DNA from: a candidate division WWE3 bacterium CG22_combo_CG10-13_8_21_14_all_39_12
GTDB taxonomy: Bacteria; Patescibacteriota; 4484-211; GCA-002791395
Assembly (NCBI GenBank): GCA_002771355.1
Contig: PCSU01000056.1
Location: 1 to 49,732 of the forward strand
DNA: 49,732 bases
Direction of reading: 5' to 3'
A program made the translations under genes and the position numbers. Positions 17,353 through 26,228 of this stretch are shown one piece after another. Numbering within the stretch: position 1 is the stretch's first letter; the number at the start of each line of letters is the position of its first letter. The notes under the pieces were generated by a model that did no database searches, was not told where the DNA came from, and worked only from the letters and a program-made list of their open reading frames with translations.

Positions 17353-18378
17353 TTAGATCGTTGCAATAAAAAGTCCAATAAAAGCACATAAAGCACCAGC
17401 GATCCAAAACCGCATGGTTACTTTTGTCTCATCCCACCCCATCGCTTCAAAGTGATGGTGTAGTGGTGCAATTTTAAATAATCTCTTTTCCCCAAGATAT
17501 CTAATTGAAAACAACTGAATAAGGCTTGATAATAACTCAATAACAAATACCCCTCCAATAATTGGTAACACAAGAGACTTTCCAATAAGTAAAGCTATTA
17601 CTCCCAATAATGCTCCAAATGCTATTGAGCCTGAATCCCCCATAAATAACCGTGCTGGATACACATTAAAATACAAGAACGCAAGGAGCGCACCCATAAG
17701 AACAGCTATAAATAAAATCACATCTCCTGAAAATGTATGTGGTACTGCTAACACCCAAAACGCAGATAATGCAATTAACATAAGTCCTGTTGCAAGACCA
17801 TCCATCCCATCAGTAATATTAAATGCATTGCTCGACGATACAATTACAAATGCAGCAAAGGGAATATATAACCACCCAAGACTTATATCATTAACTCTAA
17901 AAACACTGGAAAGAATCGGGATTTCAACTGTATGTAGTCCGGTGAATTTATATAAGAGGTATCCAATAATTAATCCTAATATTGTCTGAATAATAAGCTT
18001 CTCAAGGGCAGGAAGTGCACGAATCCTGCGTTTACGAACCCGAATCATTTTTCGAAAGTCGTCATACATCCCCAAAACTCCAAATGAGATAAGTGTTACA
18101 AACAAAATAATTGATGTCCAGTTTATAGAAAATGAAGTAACTACATAAAAAATTATAGAGAACAGTAATACTGACCCAAGGATAAGTACTCCTCCCCCTG
18201 TTGGCGTTCCGACTTTCCACCCATGCAAGTCATTAAATACCGTCTTGTTCCCGTGCATATCAACACTTTTTACAGGTTTTTGTCGAATATGTAACTTGTA
18301 AAGTGCATGTATAAATGGAATTGCAAGCGCAGCAGTGAAGATAAAAGATAGAAGTAATATCGCAAATATTTTGTACAT
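17353..18378 (-). CDS. mraY: Phospho-N-acetylmuramoyl-pentapeptide transferase MraY
   Basis: Polytopic membrane protein with NAFNITDGMDGLA, FMGDSGS and PLHHHFE motifs. Confidence 0.95.
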   Translation of the reverse strand: MYKIFAILLLSFIFTAALAIPFIHALYKLHIRQKPVKSVDMHGNKTVFNDLHGWKVGTPTGGGVLILGSVLLFSIIFYVVTSFSINWTSIILFVTLISFGVLGMYDDFRKMIRVRKRRIRALPALEKLIIQTILGLIIGYLLYKFTGLHTVEIPILSSVFRVNDISLGWLYIPFAAFVIVSSSNAFNITDGMDGLATGLMLIALSAFWVLAVPHTFSGDVILFIAVLMGALLAFLYFNVYPARLFMGDSGSIAFGALLGVIALLIGKSLVLPIIGGVFVIELLSSLIQLFSIRYLGEKRLFKIAPLHHHFEAMGWDETKVTMRFWIAGALCAFIGLFIATI

Positions 18379-18384
18379 TTTTTA

Positions 18385-20472
18385 TTATGTTGTATTTAGT
18401 ATCTTTAATCTTCGTACACCATCTCCACGCTCAGGATGAAAATGCACACTATACGCTTCTCCCTGTGGAGTTTTTTCTTGCCATTGTTGTTCCTGCAACG
18501 ACTTTTTAGCATCAACGACTTTGATTATAGCAGTGTGTGGCCCTTGTCGTACGGTTCTTTTATATGAAGAATGTGCATACTCAATCTCAGTAATAACACC
18601 ATTTTTTCTTGTGATACCAGTAATAATCAAGACATGGTCACCCGGTCTTGCTACACCCATGCGAATCATATCAGATTCTTGAATATCGTTGATATCAGAA
18701 ATGGGAACGGTGTGCTTATCATTTGTTAACATATCTGCACTCACATTTCTGTACCAACGATCCGGCATCAGGGATTTTCGTATCCTGCCAAAAAGGCTTG
18801 TTGGAGTAATAAGTTTAGTAAGACTTGGTATCTCTCTAGTTAACAGATATGCATTCAATACATGGAACACCATGCCAGAACACTCAATGCCAATCTGTTG
18901 CTGTTTCATAAATCTAAACACTTCGGCATCTGAATGGGTTTCAAGATCAAACTCGTTTTCCTGTGCCATTTCAAGTAATTCATGGCGAATCACCTCTGGA
19001 GAACCCTTGCCGGCGCTCCTTTTTATATTAAATCGCTTTTGATTAATAACGTATGGGATTTTTATGTTCTTTTCATTTACCGTAAAATTGATATATTCAC
19101 CTAAGCGTTCCCTCATCGCTCGAGTAGCCTTAGCATGCTTAAGCCTATCAATAAGTCTCTCATCAAGACCATCCATTCCACCTGACGACATCAAAACATA
19201 TACACACGGCAAAGGTTCTGAAATAAGCTTAAAAATTAACACGTCTTGTTGTGGGGCATACATGGTATGCTCATGCGTTTTTGAAATAGCTGCAACAATA
19301 TCTTTACCTGTAACTTTATAATCAGCATCTTTTTTGGCAGACACTTTGGGAATATATAGTTTATCTGCTGCACTAAAGCGATTGTCAAATTCTGTTAATA
19401 CGGCCGGATTTTTAAGCGATGAGGAAAACATGTCAAATACACCAACAACCGTACTGTCTGGCCATTTTTGTTTTATTGATAAAAGCACTGTCTGCGCTTT
19501 TACTGGAGAATGTGCCAAGTCCCTAACAATAACAGTGCCGGCATCGTCATAAATAACTTCCATCCTTTGTTTCAATCCAGCATAAGATTCAAGATGAGCC
19601 TTTACTTGAACAGAATCAAATCCAATCTCTGTTAACAACGTATATGCAGCTGTAAGATTATCTTTATTAAATTCCCCAAGCATGGTCGGTGTCCAGTTAA
19701 GATCAATTGTTTTAATATCTGATGAACCATCATGTGAATACGTTACAACCTTACATGGCGCATGAGATATGGCATCTTTAATGTTTTTACCATCAACATT
19801 TGCAATAAGAACACCATCAGAAGGAAGCTTACTTACTAACTCAATGTAGTTTTTTATATAAAGATCTTCTGTTGGAAACTGATCGTAATGATCCCATTCG
19901 GCTGAGGTTAGAACAAGATACTTTGGCTTATAGTAAAAAAACTTAGATTGCGGCGGTTCACTTGTCATTGGAGGTACTGGATACTCATCTCCTTCAACAA
20001 CTGACCATTTCCCTTGAGAAGAAACCAAACTCTCCTCATAGCCTACCATTTGCCCTCCCACCATATATGATGGATCTTGATGAAGCTGAGATAGCACATG
20101 AACAATTGCACCCGATATCGTACCTTTCCCAAAATTGCCTGCTACAACAATCGACTCATCTTTAACCACATATTCACCAAGAACTTCTGGGTATGAAACA
20201 GTTTTAATATGTAATACTTTAGCCTTTTCAAATTCTGGATTATGAGGGTCAACAATCAATGCATTCCCACCAACTACAACAAGATCCGTCCCAGGTTTCA
20301 GATTATCGGCATTATATGGAGACGAAATCTTGACGCCAATTTTCTCAAGATACGTACTATTTGGCGGATACACGTTTATGTCAGATCCTGAGACATTCCA
20401 ACCCTTTTTTAAAAACATATGAGCCAGGGCAGATGTTGCTTTGCCAGCTATTCCAATAATGTGTACATTCAT
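18385..20472 (-). CDS. Mpl-type Mur ligase (UDP-MurNAc:murein-tripeptide ligase-like) fused to a ~250-aa C-terminal Cys/His peptidase-like (NlpC/P60- or transglutaminase-like) domain
   Basis: The N-terminus HIIGIAGKATSALAHMFLKKGWNVSGSDINVYPPNSTYLEKIGVKI closely parallels E. coli Mpl (GSDANVYPPMSTLLEKQGIE). Also VEGDEY, AEWDH, RDLAHSP and LMSSGGMDGL. Variant P-loop AGNFGKGT. Extra C-terminal region (aa ~446-695) has GIECSGMVFHV ... PGDHVLIITG ... EYAHSS. Confidence 0.75.
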   Translation of the reverse strand: MNVHIIGIAGKATSALAHMFLKKGWNVSGSDINVYPPNSTYLEKIGVKISSPYNADNLKPGTDLVVVGGNALIVDPHNPEFEKAKVLHIKTVSYPEVLGEYVVKDESIVVAGNFGKGTISGAIVHVLSQLHQDPSYMVGGQMVGYEESLVSSQGKWSVVEGDEYPVPPMTSEPPQSKFFYYKPKYLVLTSAEWDHYDQFPTEDLYIKNYIELVSKLPSDGVLIANVDGKNIKDAISHAPCKVVTYSHDGSSDIKTIDLNWTPTMLGEFNKDNLTAAYTLLTEIGFDSVQVKAHLESYAGLKQRMEVIYDDAGTVIVRDLAHSPVKAQTVLLSIKQKWPDSTVVGVFDMFSSSLKNPAVLTEFDNRFSAADKLYIPKVSAKKDADYKVTGKDIVAAISKTHEHTMYAPQQDVLIFKLISEPLPCVYVLMSSGGMDGLDERLIDRLKHAKATRAMRERLGEYINFTVNEKNIKIPYVINQKRFNIKRSAGKGSPEVIRHELLEMAQENEFDLETHSDAEVFRFMKQQQIGIECSGMVFHVLNAYLLTREIPSLTKLITPTSLFGRIRKSLMPDRWYRNVSADMLTNDKHTVPISDINDIQESDMIRMGVARPGDHVLIITGITRKNGVITEIEYAHSSYKRTVRQGPHTAIIKVVDAKKSLQEQQWQEKTPQGEAYSVHFHPERGDGVRRLKILNTT

Positions 20473-20474
20473 GT

Positions 20475-21257
20475 TTAATGTGAATCACGTTTTATATTTA
20501 AAACGTCAACAATGCCTTTGTAACCATTAATATCTAACCACTCTTTATCTTTAAGAAGTTCTTGCAAAGACTCTTTATTAAGTAGATATTTGAGTGCATC
20601 AATATTTGTATTCCATTTTGATCCATCGAAAAATTCAAACCCAGAAAAATTCGTTTTGTAGAGTGAGGCTTGAGAATACGCTGTTCCCAAATATGCATAG
20701 GACAAGCCATCATTTTTTGCCCAATTAATTGCCTCTAACATCATGCGTGAACCCAATCCACTAGCTGATACTGCGGTGTTAATAAACGCCATCCAATAGA
20801 ACATACTGCCCCCAGATACCATAACAGGTATCATTCCTGCTATACGATCATCATCTTGTCGCTTCCACGTAAAAATCACATCACTCATATGATGAGAAAA
20901 CATTCGTTTTATTGCATGATCGGAAACCTTTGCATCCCCCATTACATCAATAACAAATTGGCGCATCCATAATAAATCTGTGTTATTAATTCTCACTGAA
21001 TCACTTGATTGAATGGTGAAATGATATGGCGATGTTTTTTTTATAACGCGACGATTTTCTGAAGAAGGTTCAAATTGATTAAGATCAATTCGCGTTGAAC
21101 GAGCAAGATACCATAAACCAATTTTCATTCTCGAAGGCAAAAAACCCATGTTAAGTAATGAAGCTTTATCTTCATTATTATCTTCTAAGGCCCACACTTG
21201 ATACGGAAACGCATAGTCATTATAGGAAGCAAGATGTTCTGAGAATAGTAACTTCAT
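20475..21257 (-). CDS. ATE/Bpt-family (arginyl/leucyl-tRNA--protein transferase-like) aminoacyl-tRNA transferase homolog
   Basis: 260 aa. GFLPSR...RIDLNQFEPSSENRRVIKK parallels Bpt GFRRSG...RV..F.PS.SQRR. The C-terminal LSYAYLGTAYSQASLYKTNFSGFEFFDGSKW parallels the ATE_C motif YLGY...YK..F.P.E....W. The N-terminal Cys cluster of Bpt is absent. Confidence 0.6.
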   Translation of the reverse strand: MKLLFSEHLASYNDYAFPYQVWALEDNNEDKASLLNMGFLPSRMKIGLWYLARSTRIDLNQFEPSSENRRVIKKTSPYHFTIQSSDSVRINNTDLLWMRQFVIDVMGDAKVSDHAIKRMFSHHMSDVIFTWKRQDDDRIAGMIPVMVSGGSMFYWMAFINTAVSASGLGSRMMLEAINWAKNDGLSYAYLGTAYSQASLYKTNFSGFEFFDGSKWNTNIDALKYLLNKESLQELLKDKEWLDINGYKGIVDVLNIKRDSH

Positions 21258-21335
21258 ACATACTATTTTATGGGATTAGTCTACAAAGAGCAAAGTTAAA
21301 TTTTTAATCATGGACACATATATTAAGATAAAGGC

Positions 21336-22802
21336 ATGGATAACAATTTTAGTATTGATAATCTCAAACAAGCAGTTCTTATGTATCACCCATCTGCAGA
21401 AATTGAGATAATAGATAACGCCTACAATTTTGCCGAGATGGCATATGCGGACATAAACAGAATTGACGATACCCCACTTATTGATCATGCCCTTGCAACG
21501 GCACTTATCCTTGCTGATATTCGAGTTGACGAACACACTATTGCAGCAGGTCTCCTTCATGACATCATCCATGAAACAGATCTTTCCCTCCAGGATATAG
21601 AAGGTGATTTTGAACCAGAAACCTTAAAACTCATTACTGACATTAGTAAACTTAAAACATATACGACAAAACAAAGTGAACTAGCCTATGCCCAACAATT
21701 AAGAAATCTATTTCTTGCTACAACTGAAGACATTCGTGTTGTTTTAGTACGACTTGCTGAAAAAATCCACAACTTACATAGCATTACAGCTCTTCCGCAA
21801 GAAAAAAGACTTGTTGTTGCTCAAAAAGCTATTGACATTTATGCACCACTTGCCGACCTATTGGGTGTTCAAAAATTTAAACGTGAACTTGAAGACCGAG
21901 CATTTGAGGTTTTAAACAAAGTAGAATTTGAAACCATAAAAAATTATTATGACTCCAGGTATGGTTCACAAGACAGTACGGTTAATGCGATCCACGATGA
22001 CTTACAGCAAACACTCGCATCACGAAACATGGATTTCAAACTGTATGGACGCATGAAGGCAAAATACAGTACCTATAAAAAATTCCTTGCAGAAAGCGAG
22101 GGGAAACAGACTCTTGAAGATTTTCTCGATACTATTTATGACAAAATTGGATTCACTATTCTTGTTAACTCAACGGAAGACTGCTACAGGAGTTTAAGCA
22201 CCTTGCGTCGTGAATTCCCTTCTGCACGGGATCTAGTCAAGGACTATATTATAAATCCCAAACCTAATGGATATAAAGCTATTCACACCTACATAACTAC
22301 AAAAAACGACATGCCTTGTGAGGTTCAAATAAAAACTCACATCATGCACGAATTTAATGAATTTGGGCCTGCTGCACATGCATTCTACAAACTTGTGGGT
22401 AGAAAACGTGGTTCCTTGCTTGAAACACCTGAAGAGAAAATAACTCAAATGAAAGAACTCTTACATTGGAAGGAAGGCATTCTTAGCGATAACGATGCGA
22501 CAACAAAACTAACAACTTTCAAAAAACATATTTATGTCTTTACCCCTAAAGCCGATGTTATTGAACTACCTCACGGTGCAACCCCAATAGATTTTGCATA
22601 CCATATTCACACTAAAATTGGCGATCGCATACGTGGAGCTCATGTTAATAATAAATTTGTCGGTATAGATCATGTTTTAGAGAATGGTGATGTATGCGAA
22701 ATCCTAACCCGTAACGGAAGACAAAAACCAAGCCGTGATTGGCTCAGAATAGCAAAAACTGCTGCAGCTCGAAGCCAGATTAGAAAATCACTTCAAGAAT
22801 AA
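21336..22802 (+). CDS. RelA/SpoT homolog (HD-like domain + (p)ppGpp synthetase domain + TGS), no ACT/RRM domain
   Basis: AAGLLHDIIHETD (HD), GRMKAKYSTYKKF, DYIINPKPNGYKAIHT, EVQIKTHIMHEFNEFGPAAHAFYK, and TGS IYVFTPKADVIELPHGATPIDFAYHIHTKIG. Opposite strand to the dcw genes. Confidence 0.88.
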   Translation: MDNNFSIDNLKQAVLMYHPSAEIEIIDNAYNFAEMAYADINRIDDTPLIDHALATALILADIRVDEHTIAAGLLHDIIHETDLSLQDIEGDFEPETLKLITDISKLKTYTTKQSELAYAQQLRNLFLATTEDIRVVLVRLAEKIHNLHSITALPQEKRLVVAQKAIDIYAPLADLLGVQKFKRELEDRAFEVLNKVEFETIKNYYDSRYGSQDSTVNAIHDDLQQTLASRNMDFKLYGRMKAKYSTYKKFLAESEGKQTLEDFLDTIYDKIGFTILVNSTEDCYRSLSTLRREFPSARDLVKDYIINPKPNGYKAIHTYITTKNDMPCEVQIKTHIMHEFNEFGPAAHAFYKLVGRKRGSLLETPEEKITQMKELLHWKEGILSDNDATTKLTTFKKHIYVFTPKADVIELPHGATPIDFAYHIHTKIGDRIRGAHVNNKFVGIDHVLENGDVCEILTRNGRQKPSRDWLRIAKTAAARSQIRKSLQE

Positions 22803-22833
22803 AAATTAATGCTCAGATAAAACTGTTCAAATC

Positions 22834-23955
22834 TTACGTAGTATATTGATTGATTAGTTCACGAACAACAGCTTGGTCACTCCATGGGATTTCTGTTTTA
22901 CCATCTAGATTCATGGATTTCTCATGTCCCTTTCCAGTAATTAAAACAATGCTTCCCTCCGTTGCTTGTGATAGTGCAAATGCAATTGCTTCTTTTCGAT
23001 TGGGCTTAATAAAATAAGTTTCATCACGTACACCACCTGCATTGCCTGCCCCTAAAGCAATTTGTTGACAAATTACGTTCACATCTTCTGTGCGTGGATC
23101 TTCAGCAGTTATCACTGTTAAATCAGCATTTTTTACTGCAATTTCACCCATTGTTGGACGTTTGTGATAATCACGCTCACCAGCACACCCAAAAACAACA
23201 ATTACCTTACTTTCGGTTGAGACCATGGTACGAACAGAAGTTAACGCAGTATATAAACCTTTTGAGGTATGTGCAAAATCTACGATTACTTTAAACTTGT
23301 CATTATATACAACCTCCATTCGCCCAGAGATTGCAGTTACTGACTCGATACCTTTTTTAACAAACTCTTGTGGTACTTGTAAGGCAAGTGCAATCGCTGC
23401 TGCTAGTTTTGCATTTTGCGTATTATAGCTCCCCAAGAGATTAACATCGATTCCCTGAAGCACTCCATCCGAAATATTCTCAGCACTAAGCGAAATATCA
23501 CCAGTAGCTAAAAATGAAAGTTTTGTCTTTTGATAAGCTTCAAAACTTTTATGGTAATCCAAATGCTCGTGTGTAATATTTGTTAGTCCAGTTACATTAA
23601 AATGCACACCCGCAAACCTGTTTTGATCAATTGCATGGGAAGTTACCTCCAAAACAACATGGGTCATCCCTTCATTTACCATGCTACGTAATATTTTTTG
23701 AACATCCCATGCCCCGGGACTTGTTACATGAAACCCTGTATCCATCTGCTTATCTCCAAACTGTGCAGAAATGGTTGATAATAAGCCAACGTTAATTCCT
23801 GCTTTACTTAAAATTGCATGCGTATAAATAGATGTCGTTGTTTTACCATCAGTGCCTGTAATACCAATCACAGTCAGCTTACGAGAAGGGTGACCAAAAT
23901 ATATAGTGGCAATCCACGCACGAAGTAAATGAAATATGTTTTTGATTTTTTGCAT
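22834..23955 (-). CDS. murE: MurE-like Mur ligase lacking the N-terminal (UDP-MurNAc-binding) domain
   Basis: 373 aa. The P-loop VIGITGTDGKTTT starts at about aa 28. Also EVTSHAIDQNR, ITHEHLDYH, VDFAHTSKG, GCAGERDYHKRPTMG, TAEDPRTED and TGKGHE, all MurE signatures. About 100 aa shorter at the N-terminus than typical MurE. Confidence 0.8.
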   Translation of the reverse strand: MQKIKNIFHLLRAWIATIYFGHPSRKLTVIGITGTDGKTTTSIYTHAILSKAGINVGLLSTISAQFGDKQMDTGFHVTSPGAWDVQKILRSMVNEGMTHVVLEVTSHAIDQNRFAGVHFNVTGLTNITHEHLDYHKSFEAYQKTKLSFLATGDISLSAENISDGVLQGIDVNLLGSYNTQNAKLAAAIALALQVPQEFVKKGIESVTAISGRMEVVYNDKFKVIVDFAHTSKGLYTALTSVRTMVSTESKVIVVFGCAGERDYHKRPTMGEIAVKNADLTVITAEDPRTEDVNVICQQIALGAGNAGGVRDETYFIKPNRKEAIAFALSQATEGSIVLITGKGHEKSMNLDGKTEIPWSDQAVVRELINQYTT

Positions 23956-23957
23956 AT

Positions 23958-24977
23958 TTATAATCCTTTCTTTAATCGTTCAAGTTTTACATATATCCAC
24001 ATGGGCCAATATTTCCATACTTTAATTGGATAATCGAGTGTATTCATCCACCGAACTCTTTTACCACCGAAACCTTTTTTAAAGAATGTTAACCCTGCCC
24101 TCGGATGGTTTGGATTGTCAGTTGGTGCAACCCCCCAAAAATCATACGTTTTTGCTCCTCGTTCCTTTGCACGTTTAATAAGTGCCCACTGCAAGGCATA
24201 CTGTGCATGTTCATCTCCATATTCATTGGTAGACCCACTATGATGATAAAAAGCCATCTGGTCATAAAACACTAAAAGAGATGCAGCGTGTACTCTTCCT
24301 TTGTGCTCGGCAATCAAAATCTCAATAAGTCCATCTTTGTTGAATGCTTCAAACTCATCAATAAAAAATTGTTTATCATACGAAACAAAACCCTGACGTT
24401 TTACTGTTTCATTATATACGTCAAAAAGTTTACATAGGTCAGAAACATCCGTTGATATGCGTACTGTCACCCCTTGTTTTTGAGCCTTTCGTACATAATA
24501 GCGCGTATTCTTACGCATTGATGAAAGTAATTCATCTTCAGATTGCGTAAGATCAAGAGTCATGGTGTACTCGGCATTAAAGTACATGGGAGCCTTCCTA
24601 TAACCCATACTAATATATTCCTTAATTTTTTGATCATCGTGAATAAGTGGTGCACGAAAACGCATAAAATCAAGATTTTCTTTTTGAGCATACTCAAGAA
24701 TATGCGTATGAAAAGCATTAAACTGTGCCTTATCCTCCCAATCAATAGTTGGTCCTGCATGCGAAACTATATAGTTTGCCCGTCTAGATTTCACCACAAC
24801 ACATAAATTGGCACCAACGAGCTGGTCATCATCATATAGTCCGAGACGAAGGACCGTATGTCCCTGGCTTTCCTCAAAATCTCCCCAATTCCACGCCTGA
24901 AGCATAGATTGTGGGTTATGTGAACACACTAATGCCCGCCACTCATTTTTATTTGTTACATCATGTACTGTTAACAT
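23958..24977 (-). CDS. FemAB/FemX/MurM-family peptidoglycan peptide-bridge aminoacyl-tRNA transferase
   Basis: 339 aa. MRKNTRYYVRKAQKQGVTV and YHHSGSTNEY...AQYALQWALIKRAKERGAKTYDFWGV are typical of the FemABX family. Confidence 0.8.
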   Translation of the reverse strand: MLTVHDVTNKNEWRALVCSHNPQSMLQAWNWGDFEESQGHTVLRLGLYDDDQLVGANLCVVVKSRRANYIVSHAGPTIDWEDKAQFNAFHTHILEYAQKENLDFMRFRAPLIHDDQKIKEYISMGYRKAPMYFNAEYTMTLDLTQSEDELLSSMRKNTRYYVRKAQKQGVTVRISTDVSDLCKLFDVYNETVKRQGFVSYDKQFFIDEFEAFNKDGLIEILIAEHKGRVHAASLLVFYDQMAFYHHSGSTNEYGDEHAQYALQWALIKRAKERGAKTYDFWGVAPTDNPNHPRAGLTFFKKGFGGKRVRWMNTLDYPIKVWKYWPMWIYVKLERLKKGL

Positions 24978-24979
24978 AA

Positions 24980-26227
24980 TTAAGCTCCCTTTTCTTCTTT
25001 GTACTCCTTATACAAAGAAATTACTAACGAAACGTCTTCATCGGTCATTCGGGAATACGTTGGCAAGTTTACCACCTGTGATGCAACATCTTCTGCTACA
25101 GGAGCATCACCTACGGTATACCCTAATTTAGACAGATCCACTTCACATGGGGCTACTACTTGATCATACCAATCACCCAAAATAACGCCGCGCCGTGAAA
25201 AATACTTCTTCATTTCTGTTGGACTGTTTTCTAAAATGGCATAACGTAACCAAACTCGTTCTGCTGTATCAATTTGAACACTTTGTATTCCTGCATCATA
25301 ATACTTCGATGCAATTTCAGTACGACGATTCGTGGACACCTTAAGGGAAGAAAGCTGGGACATTGCAAGTTTAGCCAAAACTCCAGGCATTTTTTTTGTA
25401 GTCCATAGTGGACGAGGTCCTGACATCTTCTCATCAAAAGACGTGGCTTTTGATATTAAACCTATATTTTGCAACACATAATGCCATGCTTTTCCGAATG
25501 ATAACCAATGGTATGTTACTAGTGATATCCACGTTGTGATCGGATGTAATAGCTGTTTTTTGATCCACCACCAACCCATCTTTTTTCGAGTTTCCACCTG
25601 CTGTCTATATTTGTTTTGTTTTCCAAAATCTTTTAAGACAACAATACCTCCAAACACTGAACTGACGATTTTGTCACGCCCAAAACTAAACACACTCGCG
25701 TCCGCTATTGTCCCCACTGGTTTGCCATCACGGGTAGCGCCAAGGGCATGGGCACAATCTTCGATAACAATAATCCCCTTTTCGTGCGCAAACGATAAAA
25801 GTTCATCAAGATCCTGAAACGGCAATCCAAACGTATGCTGAACAATAATTGCTTTCGTCTTTTTTGAAACATGCTTTTTTACTTCCTCTAAACTCACATT
25901 CAAGGAATCCTTTTCAATATCAACAATAACTGGAGTCGCGCCAACCCAATGAACAGGATTGGTGACTGCAACACAGGTAAACCCCTGAACAATAACCTCG
26001 TCACCTTTGCCAATACTATATGTAGAAAGAATATCCGCTATACCTGCCCGTGCACTATTAATTGCAAACACTGATTCTTTTGAGATAGAAAGAATATCTG
26101 AAAACACACTTTCTAATTCATGTACTGGTTCCGTGTCACGCCATTTCCATGGCTGTAATAGCAATGCTATAGCAAGATGTACATCCTCTTTTGAAATATT
26201 TGGGGATAAGCTTGGGGTGATAAGCAT
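24980..26227 (-). CDS. DegT/DnrJ/EryC1/StrS-family PLP-dependent sugar aminotransferase
   Basis: GDEVIVQGFTCVAV, VIEDCAHALGA, and the PLP-Lys motif FSFGRDKIV. 415 aa. Confidence 0.85.
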   Translation of the reverse strand: MLITPSLSPNISKEDVHLAIALLLQPWKWRDTEPVHELESVFSDILSISKESVFAINSARAGIADILSTYSIGKGDEVIVQGFTCVAVTNPVHWVGATPVIVDIEKDSLNVSLEEVKKHVSKKTKAIIVQHTFGLPFQDLDELLSFAHEKGIIVIEDCAHALGATRDGKPVGTIADASVFSFGRDKIVSSVFGGIVVLKDFGKQNKYRQQVETRKKMGWWWIKKQLLHPITTWISLVTYHWLSFGKAWHYVLQNIGLISKATSFDEKMSGPRPLWTTKKMPGVLAKLAMSQLSSLKVSTNRRTEIASKYYDAGIQSVQIDTAERVWLRYAILENSPTEMKKYFSRRGVILGDWYDQVVAPCEVDLSKLGYTVGDAPVAEDVASQVVNLPTYSRMTDEDVSLVISLYKEYKEEKGA

Positions 26228-26228
26228 A

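Noticed and set aside
21276-21572. 98-aa minus-strand ORF overlapping the start of the Rel homolog.
   Set aside because: It overlaps a well-supported plus-strand gene and the divergent promoter region. The Cys/Ile/Asn-rich sequence has no recognisable domain, so it is probably spurious.
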